Notes under the pieces: generated by a model
What the model was told of the DNA's origin: nothing
Database searches by the model: none
The model's input: the letters and a program-made list of their open reading frames with translations, nothing else
Translations under genes and position numbers: made by a program
IMG/VR virus record: IMGVR_UViG_3300033487_000326
Span: 1 to 43,492 of that record
Length of the DNA stretch: 43,492 nucleotides
From: a virus
Taxonomy: Duplodnaviria > Caudoviricetes
Reading direction: 5' to 3' (one strand)
Shown: positions 19,505 through 29,059 of the stretch, in pieces
How the letters are laid out: each line of letters begins with the position of its first letter
Numbering within the stretch: position 1 is the first letter of the stretch

Positions 19505-20062
19505 TTGTTCCCCCATATTAGGATTTAATTCTACACTATACGTTTTAAAGTTATCTTGTTTTTCAAATAAAGCAATATCTTGAGGTGTCTTTTTAATGTT
19601 TAAATTATATTGACCTAGAATATCGTCTAGGTTCATTACTCCAGGATTCTCAGCTCCCAATAAGGCAATCGCACCAAGCACTCTAGAGTATTTGTTTCCT
19701 TCTACAGTTAAATTCCAATAAATCTCGCAGGAGACTTTTCGATATGCCTTTGCCTTAATTAATTTAAAAATCTTTTCAGGAACGTTTTCAAAATCGGCCA
19801 AAAGTTTAGTCCCTTTAACTTTAAGTTCAGAGACCCAACCTATAGACGGCATCCCGCTTGACTTAGCTAGCTTTTGTTTATCGTCATGGCCAAGCTTTAA
19901 ATAAGGTCTAAATCCAATTTTTAGGGAATTAAATGAATTAACAATTTCGTATAGGTCGTTTATGGAATACTCGTCTTCGTTCCATGTGCCGGCAGAAAAA
20001 ACCTCTATACCCTTTATTCGGTAGGTTTTCATCTCTTCTATTTTATCGAAAATTGCTTCCAT
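18992..20062 (-). CDS. Mu gpI-like prohead protease with C-terminal scaffold
   Basis: LKLGH, IGWVSEL, YRKVSCEI, AIALLG...P; coiled-coil C-terminal half. Confidence 0.82.
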   Translation of the reverse strand: MEAIFDKIEEMKTYRIKGIEVFSAGTWNEDEYSINDLYEIVNSFNSLKIGFRPYLKLGHDDKQKLAKSSGMPSIGWVSELKVKGTKLLADFENVPEKIFKLIKAKAYRKVSCEIYWNLTVEGNKYSRVLGAIALLGAENPGVMNLDDILGQYNLNIKKTPQDIALFEKQDNFKTYSVELNPNMGEQMADDKSEKELALEQELETVKKEFSQKDEDLKKLTDEKSAVEKEIEQLKQYKLEAEKREQEALLKAEEAKRDQFISELEGKKLSTPSMKPYVSALLANHKDYSIDEKPMTKEQIVEEMLKLASEASKVNFEESSKAYGKEKEEDDDKIKKYMEENKCSYVQAYKAVMKEKK

Positions 20063-20123
20063 GCGACCTCCATAAAAAATAATCTCACAATATTTATTAA
20101 CCGGATACTAGTCTTGAGATTAG

Positions 20124-20285
20124 TTATTTAACGGCCTTTAATGCCTGCTGTTTTTCTGACAATACCTTAATGGCTATTGATAGTGCGTTTAATTCAAGAA
20201 AAGAAAATAAGGCCTGCTTCTCTGTTTGAAGAACTTGAACTGCTCTAGCTATTGTTTCAACTGCTTGTTCTGCTGTCATTTCCAT
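20124..20285 (-). CDS. Small helical hypothetical protein (53 aa)
   Basis: Hand translation MEMTAEQAVETIARAVQVLQTEKQ...LKAVK*; abuts the upstream stop. Confidence 0.55.
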   Translation of the reverse strand: MEMTAEQAVETIARAVQVLQTEKQALFSFLELNALSIAIKVLSEKQQALKAVK

Positions 20286-20286
20286 T

Positions 20287-20565
20287 TTATGGTGCCTCCA
20301 ATTTAGCTTTAATACTTAATAGTAAATTCTTTTGAGCTGTCAAGTCAGCTTCTCTTGCCAATTTAGCAGCCTCTAGACCGTCGATATGACTCTGTAACTC
20401 ATTTGCCTTTAATTGAAGCTTATTTATGGTTTGAGTTATTGACGGAGCCCCTGCACTCTTTAAATAAGAAAGGTTTGCAACTAAAACATTCATTAGAGTT
20501 TGTTGACCAAAATCGGCCATAATCTCTTTCATCTTTAATTCTTCTTCTGCCGTAAGAGGGTCCAT
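20287..20565 (-). CDS. Coiled-coil protein, possible fibre chaperone
   Basis: SD AAGGAG; directly downstream of the fibre gene. Confidence 0.55.
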   Translation of the reverse strand: MDPLTAEEELKMKEIMADFGQQTLMNVLVANLSYLKSAGAPSITQTINKLQLKANELQSHIDGLEAAKLAREADLTAQKNLLLSIKAKLEAP

Positions 20566-20574
20566 AAAATCTCC

Positions 20575-23500
20575 TTAGTTTGTGCTTCTGCCTACTTCTA
20601 CCCAGTCCGTTCCGTTGGAAATAAAAGTAATTGTGTCATATTGAGTTGGTGTCCAGTTACCGGCCATGCGATGGTTTCCGCCAGTGCCCTGTGCAGAATC
20701 ATCAATCAATTCTCCTGCGTTGGTACCAGTCCACTCAATCCTTAATAGATGTCCTGCAACCGTGCTTTGTGCAAGAATAAACGTTCTATTAGTCGCCGTG
20801 GCATTATCAGATGATAAAGAAATATATGAGATGTTTGACGTCGTAACGGTAGTGTTGTCAGCCGTCAAAGATACAGTTGATTTCCCGTATGCCACAGCTC
20901 CGTTCACATCACAGTCTACAGAAGGCGCGGTCGTTTTTCCGAATGAGAATTTACCAGAATGGGCACTTTGCGCACTTCCAGATCCATAAATAAACCAGCG
21001 TTTTGTGTCTGAAGTCATGGCGCTATGAACGCCGTAGGTTGCCGTACTTGCAACAGTCAGGTTAGGAATTGATAACCCATAAATATTGTCAATTGTTCCG
21101 CCGGATGTAACTGGGTTATTGGCTTTGAAATGATATAAGTTGGTTATCGTGGCGTTGGTGAAATCTGTTACTAAAAATTCAGAGATGTATGTCACATAAC
21201 CCAAAACGTTATCAATTGTAATTGATGTGGCGGAAGCACCCTTGGTAATCCTGGGAGCGCTATGATATCCGCCCACGTTTGTAATCCTTGGAGTGATACT
21301 TGCCGCCGTCGGATTTACAGTAATGTTTGAGTTAAATCCATATTGCTGTGAGTTTGTATCGGAAGTAGATCCTGTTGGACGAAGAACTGTTTTTGAGAGG
21401 AATGTAGCGTTACTAGATAATACTTGTGCCACGCTATATTCAATAACAATGTCGGAATAAAAACCCCTAGTGTAACTGACACCAATGGCTGTTGTAAAAG
21501 TTCCGGTTAGTTTAATCCAGTCCATACCAGCAACACCACCAGATCCAGTTGCAGTGCAAGTTGCGGTTAAAACAATTGGATCGTTAATATTCACACGACC
21601 AGTATTGGTATCTGTTAGAGTTCCGGTATTCGCTCTAATGGTTAATGAAGAAGAAGTGGCAGTTCCACCAAAAATAGTCCCTGAGAATTCAGCGTTTTTA
21701 TTACAATAAACTTTAATAGCCTGAGTTGGTGTAACACTCGCATCAGCCGTGACCAGTAAAGAAAGGGCTCCAGGCATTGAGGTTGTAGATACCGTTCCTA
21801 AATTACATACTGAAGCTATTACTTGGGCCGCTTTTAAGTATCCAACCGTGGTCGTACCTGAGTATGCATGAAACCCAATTATTCCAATAGAATCATTGGC
21901 TAGAACTGCAGTTGGTGTCCCATGTGTTCCGCGAGATTTAGATAAAACTGTATTTGCAGCAACGGTAGTCGAATCTATGTGAATATGATTGTTAATCCCA
22001 ATCAAATCACTCGTCATGTCTACAGTTAATTTGGCCTGTACTGTTATGCTATTTACTACTAATGAAGAACTCTGTTGGCCTATTGATAGTGCCGATGTTG
22101 AGTTATCCCAATAAAACTCAGTCGCAGTCCCAAGTATTTTAGATCCATTAGAGAATAAAACAGCACCAGACGCGTGAGCGCACGTTAGACTACTTGCATC
22201 AATACCAGCAGGAATTACTGAAAATGAAAAAGCCCCTGTCGTGTCATTATAGTCAGGAGTTATCGTGGCCGTAGTCGTAAGCATGGTTCCTATAGCATCC
22301 TGTGCAGCCTCGTTAAAATCTGTAACTTGGCTTGCGGTGATAGCGATCGCACCAGTGCTAAAATGAATGGAGCTATTCGCAATATGGGTATCTATCTGAG
22401 TATGGGTGTTAGTCCCAGCTCCGGTTAAACTTTGATGGTCAATACCAGCAGGAATAACCGCAAAAGAAAATGCACCAGTCGTATCGTTGTAGTTTGGAGT
22501 TATAGAAGATGTTGCCGTTAATACAGTGCCAATTGCATCTTGCGCAGCTTCATTAAAGTCAGAGACCTGTGATGCCGTGATAGAGATCGCAGATTGTAAA
22601 AAGTGAATACCTGTACTTGCAATGTGGGCATCAATTTGGGTGTGCGTATTAGTTCCTGCGCCCGTTAAGCTTTGATGATCTATACCTGCCGGAATTACTG
22701 ATAAAGAAAATGAGTTGGCGGTATCATCATAAGACACAGAAATAGAAGAAGTAGCTGTTACAGCATTAAATACTGCGTCCTGAGCGGCCTCTGTGAAATT
22801 TGATACTTGAGAAGCGGTAATAGAAATCGCACCTTGAGTAAAATGAATTGTGGCGTCTGCAATGTGAGTATCTATCTGAGCATGAGTATTTGTACCCGCA
22901 CCAGTCAATGATTGATGGTTAATACCAGCGGCCAAAACAGCGAGAGAGAATGAGTTTGCAGTGTCGTCATATGTGGGAACAATAGAAGATGTTGCAGTAA
23001 CTGCGTTAAATACAGCATCCTGAGCCGCTTCACTAAAGTCTGTAACTTGGGAAGCAGTAATTGCGATAGCACCGGTACTAAAGTGAATAGATGTATTGGC
23101 TATGTGAGTGTCAATCTGTGTATGAGTATTGGTTCCGGCCCCTGTGAGAGATTGGTGGTCTATGCCAGCAGGAATGACTGAAAATGAAAATGCACCGGTA
23201 GTATCATTGTACGATGGAGTTATCGTAGCGGTAGCTGTAAGGACATTTCCAACAGCATCTTGGGCGGCTTCGTTAAAGTCTGATACTTGAGATGCTGTAA
23301 TTGCAATCGCTCCGGTGCTGAAGTGAATAGAGCTATTTGCTATATGTGTATCAATAGCCGCGTGATCGTTTGTCCCCGCGCCAGTGAGAGATTGGTGATT
23401 TATTCCAGATGCATCAAAAGAAATTGTATATGTATTAGCAGAATCATCATAAGTTCCTGTGGCCCCACCACTTGTAGTGATGGCTGTAAATACTGCGTCC

Positions 23501-24075
23501 TGTGCTCTTTCATTCGTGAAATATAAATTAGTTCCTTCTGGAAGATCTGTGGTAGATGAAATTCCTCCACCACCACCAATTATTGTAGTATCACCACCAC
23601 CGCCGCTTCCACTAATAAAAGAATAATAGAATTTCCATTTATCTTTTTCTTTATAGAATACTTCCTTGGCTTCGTTAAATACCCAGTCACCCTCTTTACC
23701 TAATTCTTTTTTAGGATATCCAGGCTTTTCTACGTAATGTACAGCCCCTGAATCTTTTCCATCTTTACCACTTCGACCGTCTTTTCCATCCTTACCGTCT
23801 TTTCCTGACGGTCCTTGTGGGCCTGACGGACCAGTGTCTCCTTTATCGCCCTTTTCGCCTTTATCTCCGCGTTCACCTTTATCTCCCTTGTCACCCTTTG
23901 GGCCAGGAAGAGAAAGTCCACGCGGACCTCTCGGGCCAACTATGGATTTTCCAGGAGGGCCTGGAGGACCTTGTTTTCCCTCAGGACCTTGAATCGGAAC
24001 TTGTTCGATAATTATTTGATCTTCTCCTGAAGAGACCTTTTCGATCTTTCCAGTCTTTGGATTATACCTTTGCAT
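20575..24075 (-). CDS. Large fibre protein with collagen-like and 80-aa His-containing repeats
   Basis: Gly-X-Y tract, DLPEGTNLYFTNERAQDA motif, tandem repeats, Thr/Ser-rich beta C-terminus. Confidence 0.8.
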   Translation of the reverse strand: MQRYNPKTGKIEKVSSGEDQIIIEQVPIQGPEGKQGPPGPPGKSIVGPRGPRGLSLPGPKGDKGDKGERGDKGEKGDKGDTGPSGPQGPSGKDGKDGKDGRSGKDGKDSGAVHYVEKPGYPKKELGKEGDWVFNEAKEVFYKEKDKWKFYYSFISGSGGGGDTTIIGGGGGISSTTDLPEGTNLYFTNERAQDAVFTAITTSGGATGTYDDSANTYTISFDASGINHQSLTGAGTNDHAAIDTHIANSSIHFSTGAIAITASQVSDFNEAAQDAVGNVLTATATITPSYNDTTGAFSFSVIPAGIDHQSLTGAGTNTHTQIDTHIANTSIHFSTGAIAITASQVTDFSEAAQDAVFNAVTATSSIVPTYDDTANSFSLAVLAAGINHQSLTGAGTNTHAQIDTHIADATIHFTQGAISITASQVSNFTEAAQDAVFNAVTATSSISVSYDDTANSFSLSVIPAGIDHQSLTGAGTNTHTQIDAHIASTGIHFLQSAISITASQVSDFNEAAQDAIGTVLTATSSITPNYNDTTGAFSFAVIPAGIDHQSLTGAGTNTHTQIDTHIANSSIHFSTGAIAITASQVTDFNEAAQDAIGTMLTTTATITPDYNDTTGAFSFSVIPAGIDASSLTCAHASGAVLFSNGSKILGTATEFYWDNSTSALSIGQQSSSLVVNSITVQAKLTVDMTSDLIGINNHIHIDSTTVAANTVLSKSRGTHGTPTAVLANDSIGIIGFHAYSGTTTVGYLKAAQVIASVCNLGTVSTTSMPGALSLLVTADASVTPTQAIKVYCNKNAEFSGTIFGGTATSSSLTIRANTGTLTDTNTGRVNINDPIVLTATCTATGSGGVAGMDWIKLTGTFTTAIGVSYTRGFYSDIVIEYSVAQVLSSNATFLSKTVLRPTGSTSDTNSQQYGFNSNITVNPTAASITPRITNVGGYHSAPRITKGASATSITIDNVLGYVTYISEFLVTDFTNATITNLYHFKANNPVTSGGTIDNIYGLSIPNLTVASTATYGVHSAMTSDTKRWFIYGSGSAQSAHSGKFSFGKTTAPSVDCDVNGAVAYGKSTVSLTADNTTVTTSNISYISLSSDNATATNRTFILAQSTVAGHLLRIEWTGTNAGELIDDSAQGTGGNHRMAGNWTPTQYDTITFISNGTDWVEVGRSTN
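22198..23505 (-). repeat. ~5.4 tandem 240-bp (80-aa) intragenic repeats
   Basis: AQDA recurs six times at exact 240-bp spacing; unit contains GI[ND]HQSLTGAGTNTHxQIDTHIA...IHF...AITASQV.DF.EA. Confidence 0.95.
23750..23990 (-). repeat. Collagen-like Gly-X-Y repeat
   Basis: GPEGKQGPPGPPG...GPKGDKGDKGERGDKGEKGDKGDTGPSGPQGPSGKDGKDG. Confidence 0.9.
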
Positions 24076-26539
24076 TATCTAACCTTTGGTGAACTAAGGA
24101 TTTAATCTCAAGCTTTGTGTCGTCTTTATAAAGTACTGTTGTTTTTTGAAATGCCTCACCGTTAATAGAGTAAGTAATTATTTCTGTTAGTCCATCAGGA
24201 AATTCTGTGGAAATATCAACCCCGTCATCTGTTATCTTTGGTCTTTGTGGTAACGGCGTTATAACATTGGGCTCCTCAACTGCCTTTACAGGCTCTTCGA
24301 TTCTATAAACAGAAAAACCCTTATCGGAAACTTCTTCTTCTAGGAATTTTTCTACATTTTTGCCCGAGTTAGTCACTTCATCAGATGACCATTCCTCATA
24401 CTTAGTAATAGGTACAAGTACTGATCTACAGTTAAAATGCATAGGAGGGATAGGAGCCTCTCCGGCAGGAAAGGTAAGCCCATGAAGATTTCCACAAACA
24501 TCAGATGTTCTATCATCTAATATAGCAGCAAACTGGTAAGCACTAACAATACCAGTAGAACTAAAGTATTCCATTCGTCCACGGTTAAATACCTCCGTTG
24601 ATTTGGTTCTAGCGTATCTCTCTAAACTAACGTCCGATAATTCTTTGCCATCATCATCTAGCACTCCAACAACATCGGATAAAGGACGACCATCTTTAAT
24701 GGCTGAATTAAGAGCTGTTCTAGTTTTCTTATTAATTGTGTATTCCCAGTCTCCGACATATTGAAATGTTTCTTTCTCCAGATAATTTAAAAACTCATCG
24801 TGTGGGATATTTTGATTTTTCTTTTTAGCATGGTCTGCTCGTTTAAGCTCAGATCCAGCCATAATCTTAGAATCTTTATGGAGTTGTCTAAAATGTTTTT
24901 TAAACACGCCTTGCATTTGCTTTAGGTATTTACCCCTAATGCCTATGTCTTTTGTGATGTCTTGATTAGGAATAATCTTAGCCTTTTTTATGTCTGCATA
25001 AAGGTCTTCAAACGCATCTGATACGATTGGCTCTAACTCCTCTAAGATTTTAAGCTCGGAGTTTTTCATTAAGTTATCAGCCATTTTAAAGTCTACGCGT
25101 CTTTTGTATTCACCGGGAAGGGTAGACATCGCCATTTTAAATTCTTTTTTCTCAGGCTCTTCTTTTCCTTCTTCTTTTGGCTCTTCTTTTTTGTCTTCTG
25201 GCTTTTCGCCTTCTTCTTTTTCAATCGGCTCTCCATCGGGACCCATCTCCTGTTCTATCGGTTGACCATCAGGACCTAACATTTGCTGTCCTGGTATTTC
25301 AAGCTCATCACTTTGAGGGAACTTAACAAGATTTCTAAAATGATTAACCTCATCAAGTGTCGGAGTCCATTTGCCTCCTTGAACACCTTTGATCCACATT
25401 TCAGCTTGTTTCATTGCGTCTACTTCGCTAAGTGGCATGAACTTAAACTTAGGATAATCTTCTTGAAGACCATAATTAAATATCACTAGTGGTCTAATGA
25501 TATGTTGATCCATGATTCTCTCTAGGATTTGTCTACGTCTATAAATGTGTTTATAAAATAGACCTATCTGTTCTTGACCGAGAGAGAAAGAACCCCCACC
25601 GGTCTCCGATCCTTGGAAGCCGATGAGGTCAGGGATGAATAGAGCCCTCCCTATATACATGTTAAATAAATTTAATCCTTTAACGTATGCTTCACCGTTG
25701 GTTTTTGCTTCTAGGAACTCGAGTTCGAACTCTTTAGGAATTGCCATTGCTGACTTAGTTTGAAAGTTCTTAATTGCATCAAAGATCTCTGAAACAACTC
25801 CAGAAGGAGCGCGTCTATCATACTTTGCAACGGGCTTTGGACCAGCAGCGTTTTCTAAGTAAATAGCATAAAATCTAGATACGTGTTTCTTTGTAACGTA
25901 GGCCTGGTAAGCAGCCCACAGGTCTGATCTTCCATATGGGTTTTGAAATTTATCATTATTTATATAATGAATAATACTCTCAGGGTTTACATCAATTGAT
26001 CCGTTAGGGCCTCTTTGCTCATACCTTTCCATGTTTCCATGGTCATCTGTATGAAGTAACCATGTAGATGGATGCCTTGGTTTAATGTCCTTTAAAGCAA
26101 GCTGTCCATCGACTGTCTTTTTAAATAGCTTTTCACTAACAGAAAATCCAAACTCATAGGCTTGTAATATGTCTGTTAGGATCTCACTTAACGGCCTATC
26201 GGTTTCATCACTTAGACAATTCTCAAGCTCTTTTTTAATATCAGCTTGCGACTCGTCAAGGGTCTCAATATACCACCCTGAACCAACGACTAAATCTTTT
26301 TTAAGATTAAGTGCTACATTTATTTGATCGTCCATGAGCATTTGCTCATAAACACCATAGGTAAAATCTTTTTCAACGAGTGGATCTGGATTGTATGGTC
26401 TTTTAAAAGAATCTGGATAGTAGGCGGATACTTTAAATGTGGACTCAATTTCGCCAGTGTATAGCCCTTTCATTATGTCTTGTGATTCTGATTTTTGAGA
26501 TTTAGGACTGGCTTCTGGCTTTTCGTACTCGTCCGCCAT
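24062..26539 (-). CDS. Portal protein (DUF935/Mu gp29-like) fused to a MuF minor head domain
   Basis: AYEFGFSVSE, NPYGRSDL, GGSFSLGQ portal motifs; then ERYART...ILDDRTSDVC...PPMHFNCRS (Phage_Mu_F). Confidence 0.88.
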   Translation of the reverse strand: MADEYEKPEASPKSQKSESQDIMKGLYTGEIESTFKVSAYYPDSFKRPYNPDPLVEKDFTYGVYEQMLMDDQINVALNLKKDLVVGSGWYIETLDESQADIKKELENCLSDETDRPLSEILTDILQAYEFGFSVSEKLFKKTVDGQLALKDIKPRHPSTWLLHTDDHGNMERYEQRGPNGSIDVNPESIIHYINNDKFQNPYGRSDLWAAYQAYVTKKHVSRFYAIYLENAAGPKPVAKYDRRAPSGVVSEIFDAIKNFQTKSAMAIPKEFELEFLEAKTNGEAYVKGLNLFNMYIGRALFIPDLIGFQGSETGGGSFSLGQEQIGLFYKHIYRRRQILERIMDQHIIRPLVIFNYGLQEDYPKFKFMPLSEVDAMKQAEMWIKGVQGGKWTPTLDEVNHFRNLVKFPQSDELEIPGQQMLGPDGQPIEQEMGPDGEPIEKEEGEKPEDKKEEPKEEGKEEPEKKEFKMAMSTLPGEYKRRVDFKMADNLMKNSELKILEELEPIVSDAFEDLYADIKKAKIIPNQDITKDIGIRGKYLKQMQGVFKKHFRQLHKDSKIMAGSELKRADHAKKKNQNIPHDEFLNYLEKETFQYVGDWEYTINKKTRTALNSAIKDGRPLSDVVGVLDDDGKELSDVSLERYARTKSTEVFNRGRMEYFSSTGIVSAYQFAAILDDRTSDVCGNLHGLTFPAGEAPIPPMHFNCRSVLVPITKYEEWSSDEVTNSGKNVEKFLEEEVSDKGFSVYRIEEPVKAVEEPNVITPLPQRPKITDDGVDISTEFPDGLTEIITYSINGEAFQKTTVLYKDDTKLEIKSLVHQRLDNAKV

Positions 26540-26552
26540 TTATCCCCCTTAA

Positions 26553-28043
26553 TTAAGATTTAATTTTTCCCCTTATGTCAGAATATACATCCAACACGCC
26601 TTCTTCAATACACATTTGAAGTGCAATACACGCTGAAATAAACAAATCATCGTGTTTTGTCTCTTCAGCCTCGATCTTTCCTTCATTATTTGTCAACGTT
26701 AAACACTCACCTAAAGTCTGACGATCATTAAGAATTATAGTACCGTTTTCTACGCCTTCTATAAATACATCTATCATCAATGGTCTAGTGACTCGGTCTG
26801 TAGTCCAGCCTAACTTCATTTCTTCTAGTTCTGTTTTCTTATTTTCTTTTCTTGTTCGATAAAGATTTGCATAATTATGGACTTCATCTAGTTTAAGCAA
26901 AACCGCATGGCCGTGATTGTTTCGTTCAACCCCTAAAAGAAGCGGCGGGTAGGCTCTTGAATAAAGATTGGCCATTTCAATTAATACATCGGCAAATTCT
27001 GAAGGCTTAAGATTATTTGCATTAAATGATGCTACCTGTTCTCTGGTACTGACTTTAAATACATGTGCGGCACTATGATCGCCCTCAACCCCTTCGGCAG
27101 GGTCGGAGCCTATTACATATAGTTCGTCTTTTTTCCATTCTTCATAAATTCGTATGCCATTTATTAATTTAATTGGCTTTGGTGCGTTGTCATACATCGG
27201 TTTTATGATCTCTAACCTAAACGGGTTTTGACCTGAGGTTAGAAAACACGTTGCATCATTTTCGCTATATTCCTGGTGGAACATTCCTTTTAGCTCACGT
27301 TGCTTAAATCTGCGAAAAGCAATTTGGTCCATACTTATGTGGACTCCATACTTAGAAAGTCCATATTTCTGTAGACGAACCTCATCTTCAGTAAGATCTG
27401 ATTGTTTTATTTCGTGATTAGAAATTGCATATTCCTCTTGAAAGTACCACGGATAAAATATTTTTTTATAATTTGAATCTTGATCCATGTATGCCTCGTA
27501 AAACTCATTAAGGCCATTAGGAGTGCTTTCTATAGTTATTATGCCGTCGATTGGAACTGATTCTAGAGTTGCAAGAACCCTACTGCGTTCTTTTACAAAC
27601 GCCATTTCAGATATGTGCAACCAATTTACTGTCGACCCCCTGTTTTCTAAGTCACAATATATTCTTGAGTTATTTTTAGGAAAATACATTGCAAACCGGC
27701 TTCCCCCTCCACGATCAAGTTCTGGCTGTAGCTGAGGATGCAAATAATCGTAAGCTCTCTTTGGAATCCTAAATAATTTTTCTAATGCGTCTTGTTCGTG
27801 GGCCAATACCATTGCTGTCTTGTTTTTTCCAAAAAAGACATAATCAGACATTTTCAAAAGCTCATTAGTAGTAATTCCGACCTGACGAGCCTTTAAAATA
27901 AGTTTTCTTTTTGCTGTTTCTTTGTTTAATAGCCTCTGAATATAGTTCGGTTTAAATTTAGATTTATTGCCAGATTTATCGACTATAAAATATAAATTTT
28001 CAAGACGCCAACTTGGGTCCTTAAACCTCGGATCTATGTTCAC
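26553..28043 (-). CDS. terL: Terminase large subunit
   Basis: LKARQVGITT (Walker A), LHISE (Walker B), IESTPNG, GSDPAEG, VERNNHG, HDDL. Confidence 0.93.
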   Translation of the reverse strand: MNIDPRFKDPSWRLENLYFIVDKSGNKSKFKPNYIQRLLNKETAKRKLILKARQVGITTNELLKMSDYVFFGKNKTAMVLAHEQDALEKLFRIPKRAYDYLHPQLQPELDRGGGSRFAMYFPKNNSRIYCDLENRGSTVNWLHISEMAFVKERSRVLATLESVPIDGIITIESTPNGLNEFYEAYMDQDSNYKKIFYPWYFQEEYAISNHEIKQSDLTEDEVRLQKYGLSKYGVHISMDQIAFRRFKQRELKGMFHQEYSENDATCFLTSGQNPFRLEIIKPMYDNAPKPIKLINGIRIYEEWKKDELYVIGSDPAEGVEGDHSAAHVFKVSTREQVASFNANNLKPSEFADVLIEMANLYSRAYPPLLLGVERNNHGHAVLLKLDEVHNYANLYRTRKENKKTELEEMKLGWTTDRVTRPLMIDVFIEGVENGTIILNDRQTLGECLTLTNNEGKIEAEETKHDDLFISACIALQMCIEEGVLDVYSDIRGKIKS

Positions 28044-28479
28044 GATATTTTCTTGCGCGTATTCTATCGCAAGCCCTACATTTACGAAAAATCAATCCTT
28101 TGGACTTATCTTTATAAAGACGAAGATTGTCACCAAATAATGGGTGGTTTCTTTTGCAATGTTTTTTATTCAATTCTGGATTAACTATTCTGCCTTTTTT
28201 TGCGCAATCTTTCATATTTTCAGCATGAGTTCCTAACCATAAATGATCCGGATTTATGCATTTTGGATTATCACATGAGTGGCAAACAGACATGTCTCTA
28301 GGTATATCTCCTTTGGCAATTAAATAACTAAATCTATGTGCCAAAAATACTTTGTTTTTAACCCAAAAATTTGCATAGCCGTCTTTGCGGATATACCCCG
28401 TCCATTCCCAACATTTTCCTGGTTCAAAAAACTTAACCTTATTCATAAATCTTAGTAGTGTTTTGTCATCAATGATCAT
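28021..28479 (-). CDS. HNH homing-type endonuclease
   Basis: CWEWTG, AHRFSY, VCHSCDNPKCINPDHLWLGTHAENMKD; C-terminal CKRNH...CRAC. Confidence 0.9.
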   Translation of the reverse strand: MIIDDKTLLRFMNKVKFFEPGKCWEWTGYIRKDGYANFWVKNKVFLAHRFSYLIAKGDIPRDMSVCHSCDNPKCINPDHLWLGTHAENMKDCAKKGRIVNPELNKKHCKRNHPLFGDNLRLYKDKSKGLIFRKCRACDRIRARKYREHRSEV

Positions 28480-28871
28480 ATCGAGGCTCTCTGTTTATAT
28501 CTTTCTACAATTAAATCTCTGAGCTCTTTTTGTCGATAAAAATAATTATTAGGTATACCAAGGCATAGTACGTTTGGTTTATTTTTTAATTCTATTTGCG
28601 ACAAAATGTTTAAAACAGTCTCGTAATGACCTTCGTCCATACATACTATTTCATCAGCCCAGCTTAAAAGCACATCGTCTAGTTTTATTAAGGCAAGATC
28701 ATCAGAAGCCCCGGCAGATCTGGTATTAAAATTAAATGGTGGAAGTGATAGTACGTACGCAGCAGTGGGTGATCGAAGTAGTCCAGCCGTACATACACAT
28801 AGTACTTTTTTGTACTCTCCTTGACATGGGTTTTGGACGGTATGAGTCCTGTTCATTTCTTGCATGTTCAT
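28476..28871 (-). CDS. Low-molecular-weight phosphatase-like protein
   Basis: P-loop VLCVCTAGLLRSPTA (CX5R), TRSAG, WADEIVCM. Confidence 0.85.
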   Translation of the reverse strand: MNMQEMNRTHTVQNPCQGEYKKVLCVCTAGLLRSPTAAYVLSLPPFNFNTRSAGASDDLALIKLDDVLLSWADEIVCMDEGHYETVLNILSQIELKNKPNVLCLGIPNNYFYRQKELRDLIVERYKQRASI

Positions 28872-29059
28872 TCTTCGTCCAGCTCCTTCATGTATTTTTC
28901 TATCTCTTCTGGAGTAACGTCCTCAACCCATGCTGCTACTTGGTTGCCGCATTTATCACACGTGTAGTATCTGTATGTTCCGACTCTGTCATGAATTCCG
29001 ATTAGCCAGTCGTCAATTTCTGGAAGTTGCATTTTGCACTTTGAGCACTGAGCACTCAT
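28868..29059 (-). CDS. Small Zn-ribbon protein
   Basis: CSKC...CDKC; ATGA coupling. Confidence 0.65.
   Translation of the reverse strand: MSAQCSKCKMQLPEIDDWLIGIHDRVGTYRYYTCDKCGNQVAAWVEDVTPEEIEKYMKELDEE

Noticed and set aside
22198-23505. Diversity-generating retroelement TR/VR pair
   Set aside because: Repeats are in-frame tandem protein repeats with mostly synonymous, not adenine-specific, differences; no reverse transcriptase.
16311-26539. Transposable Mu-like phage
   Set aside because: Head and neck genes are Mu-like, but no transposase A/B is visible, and erf/rusA point to non-transposable replication.
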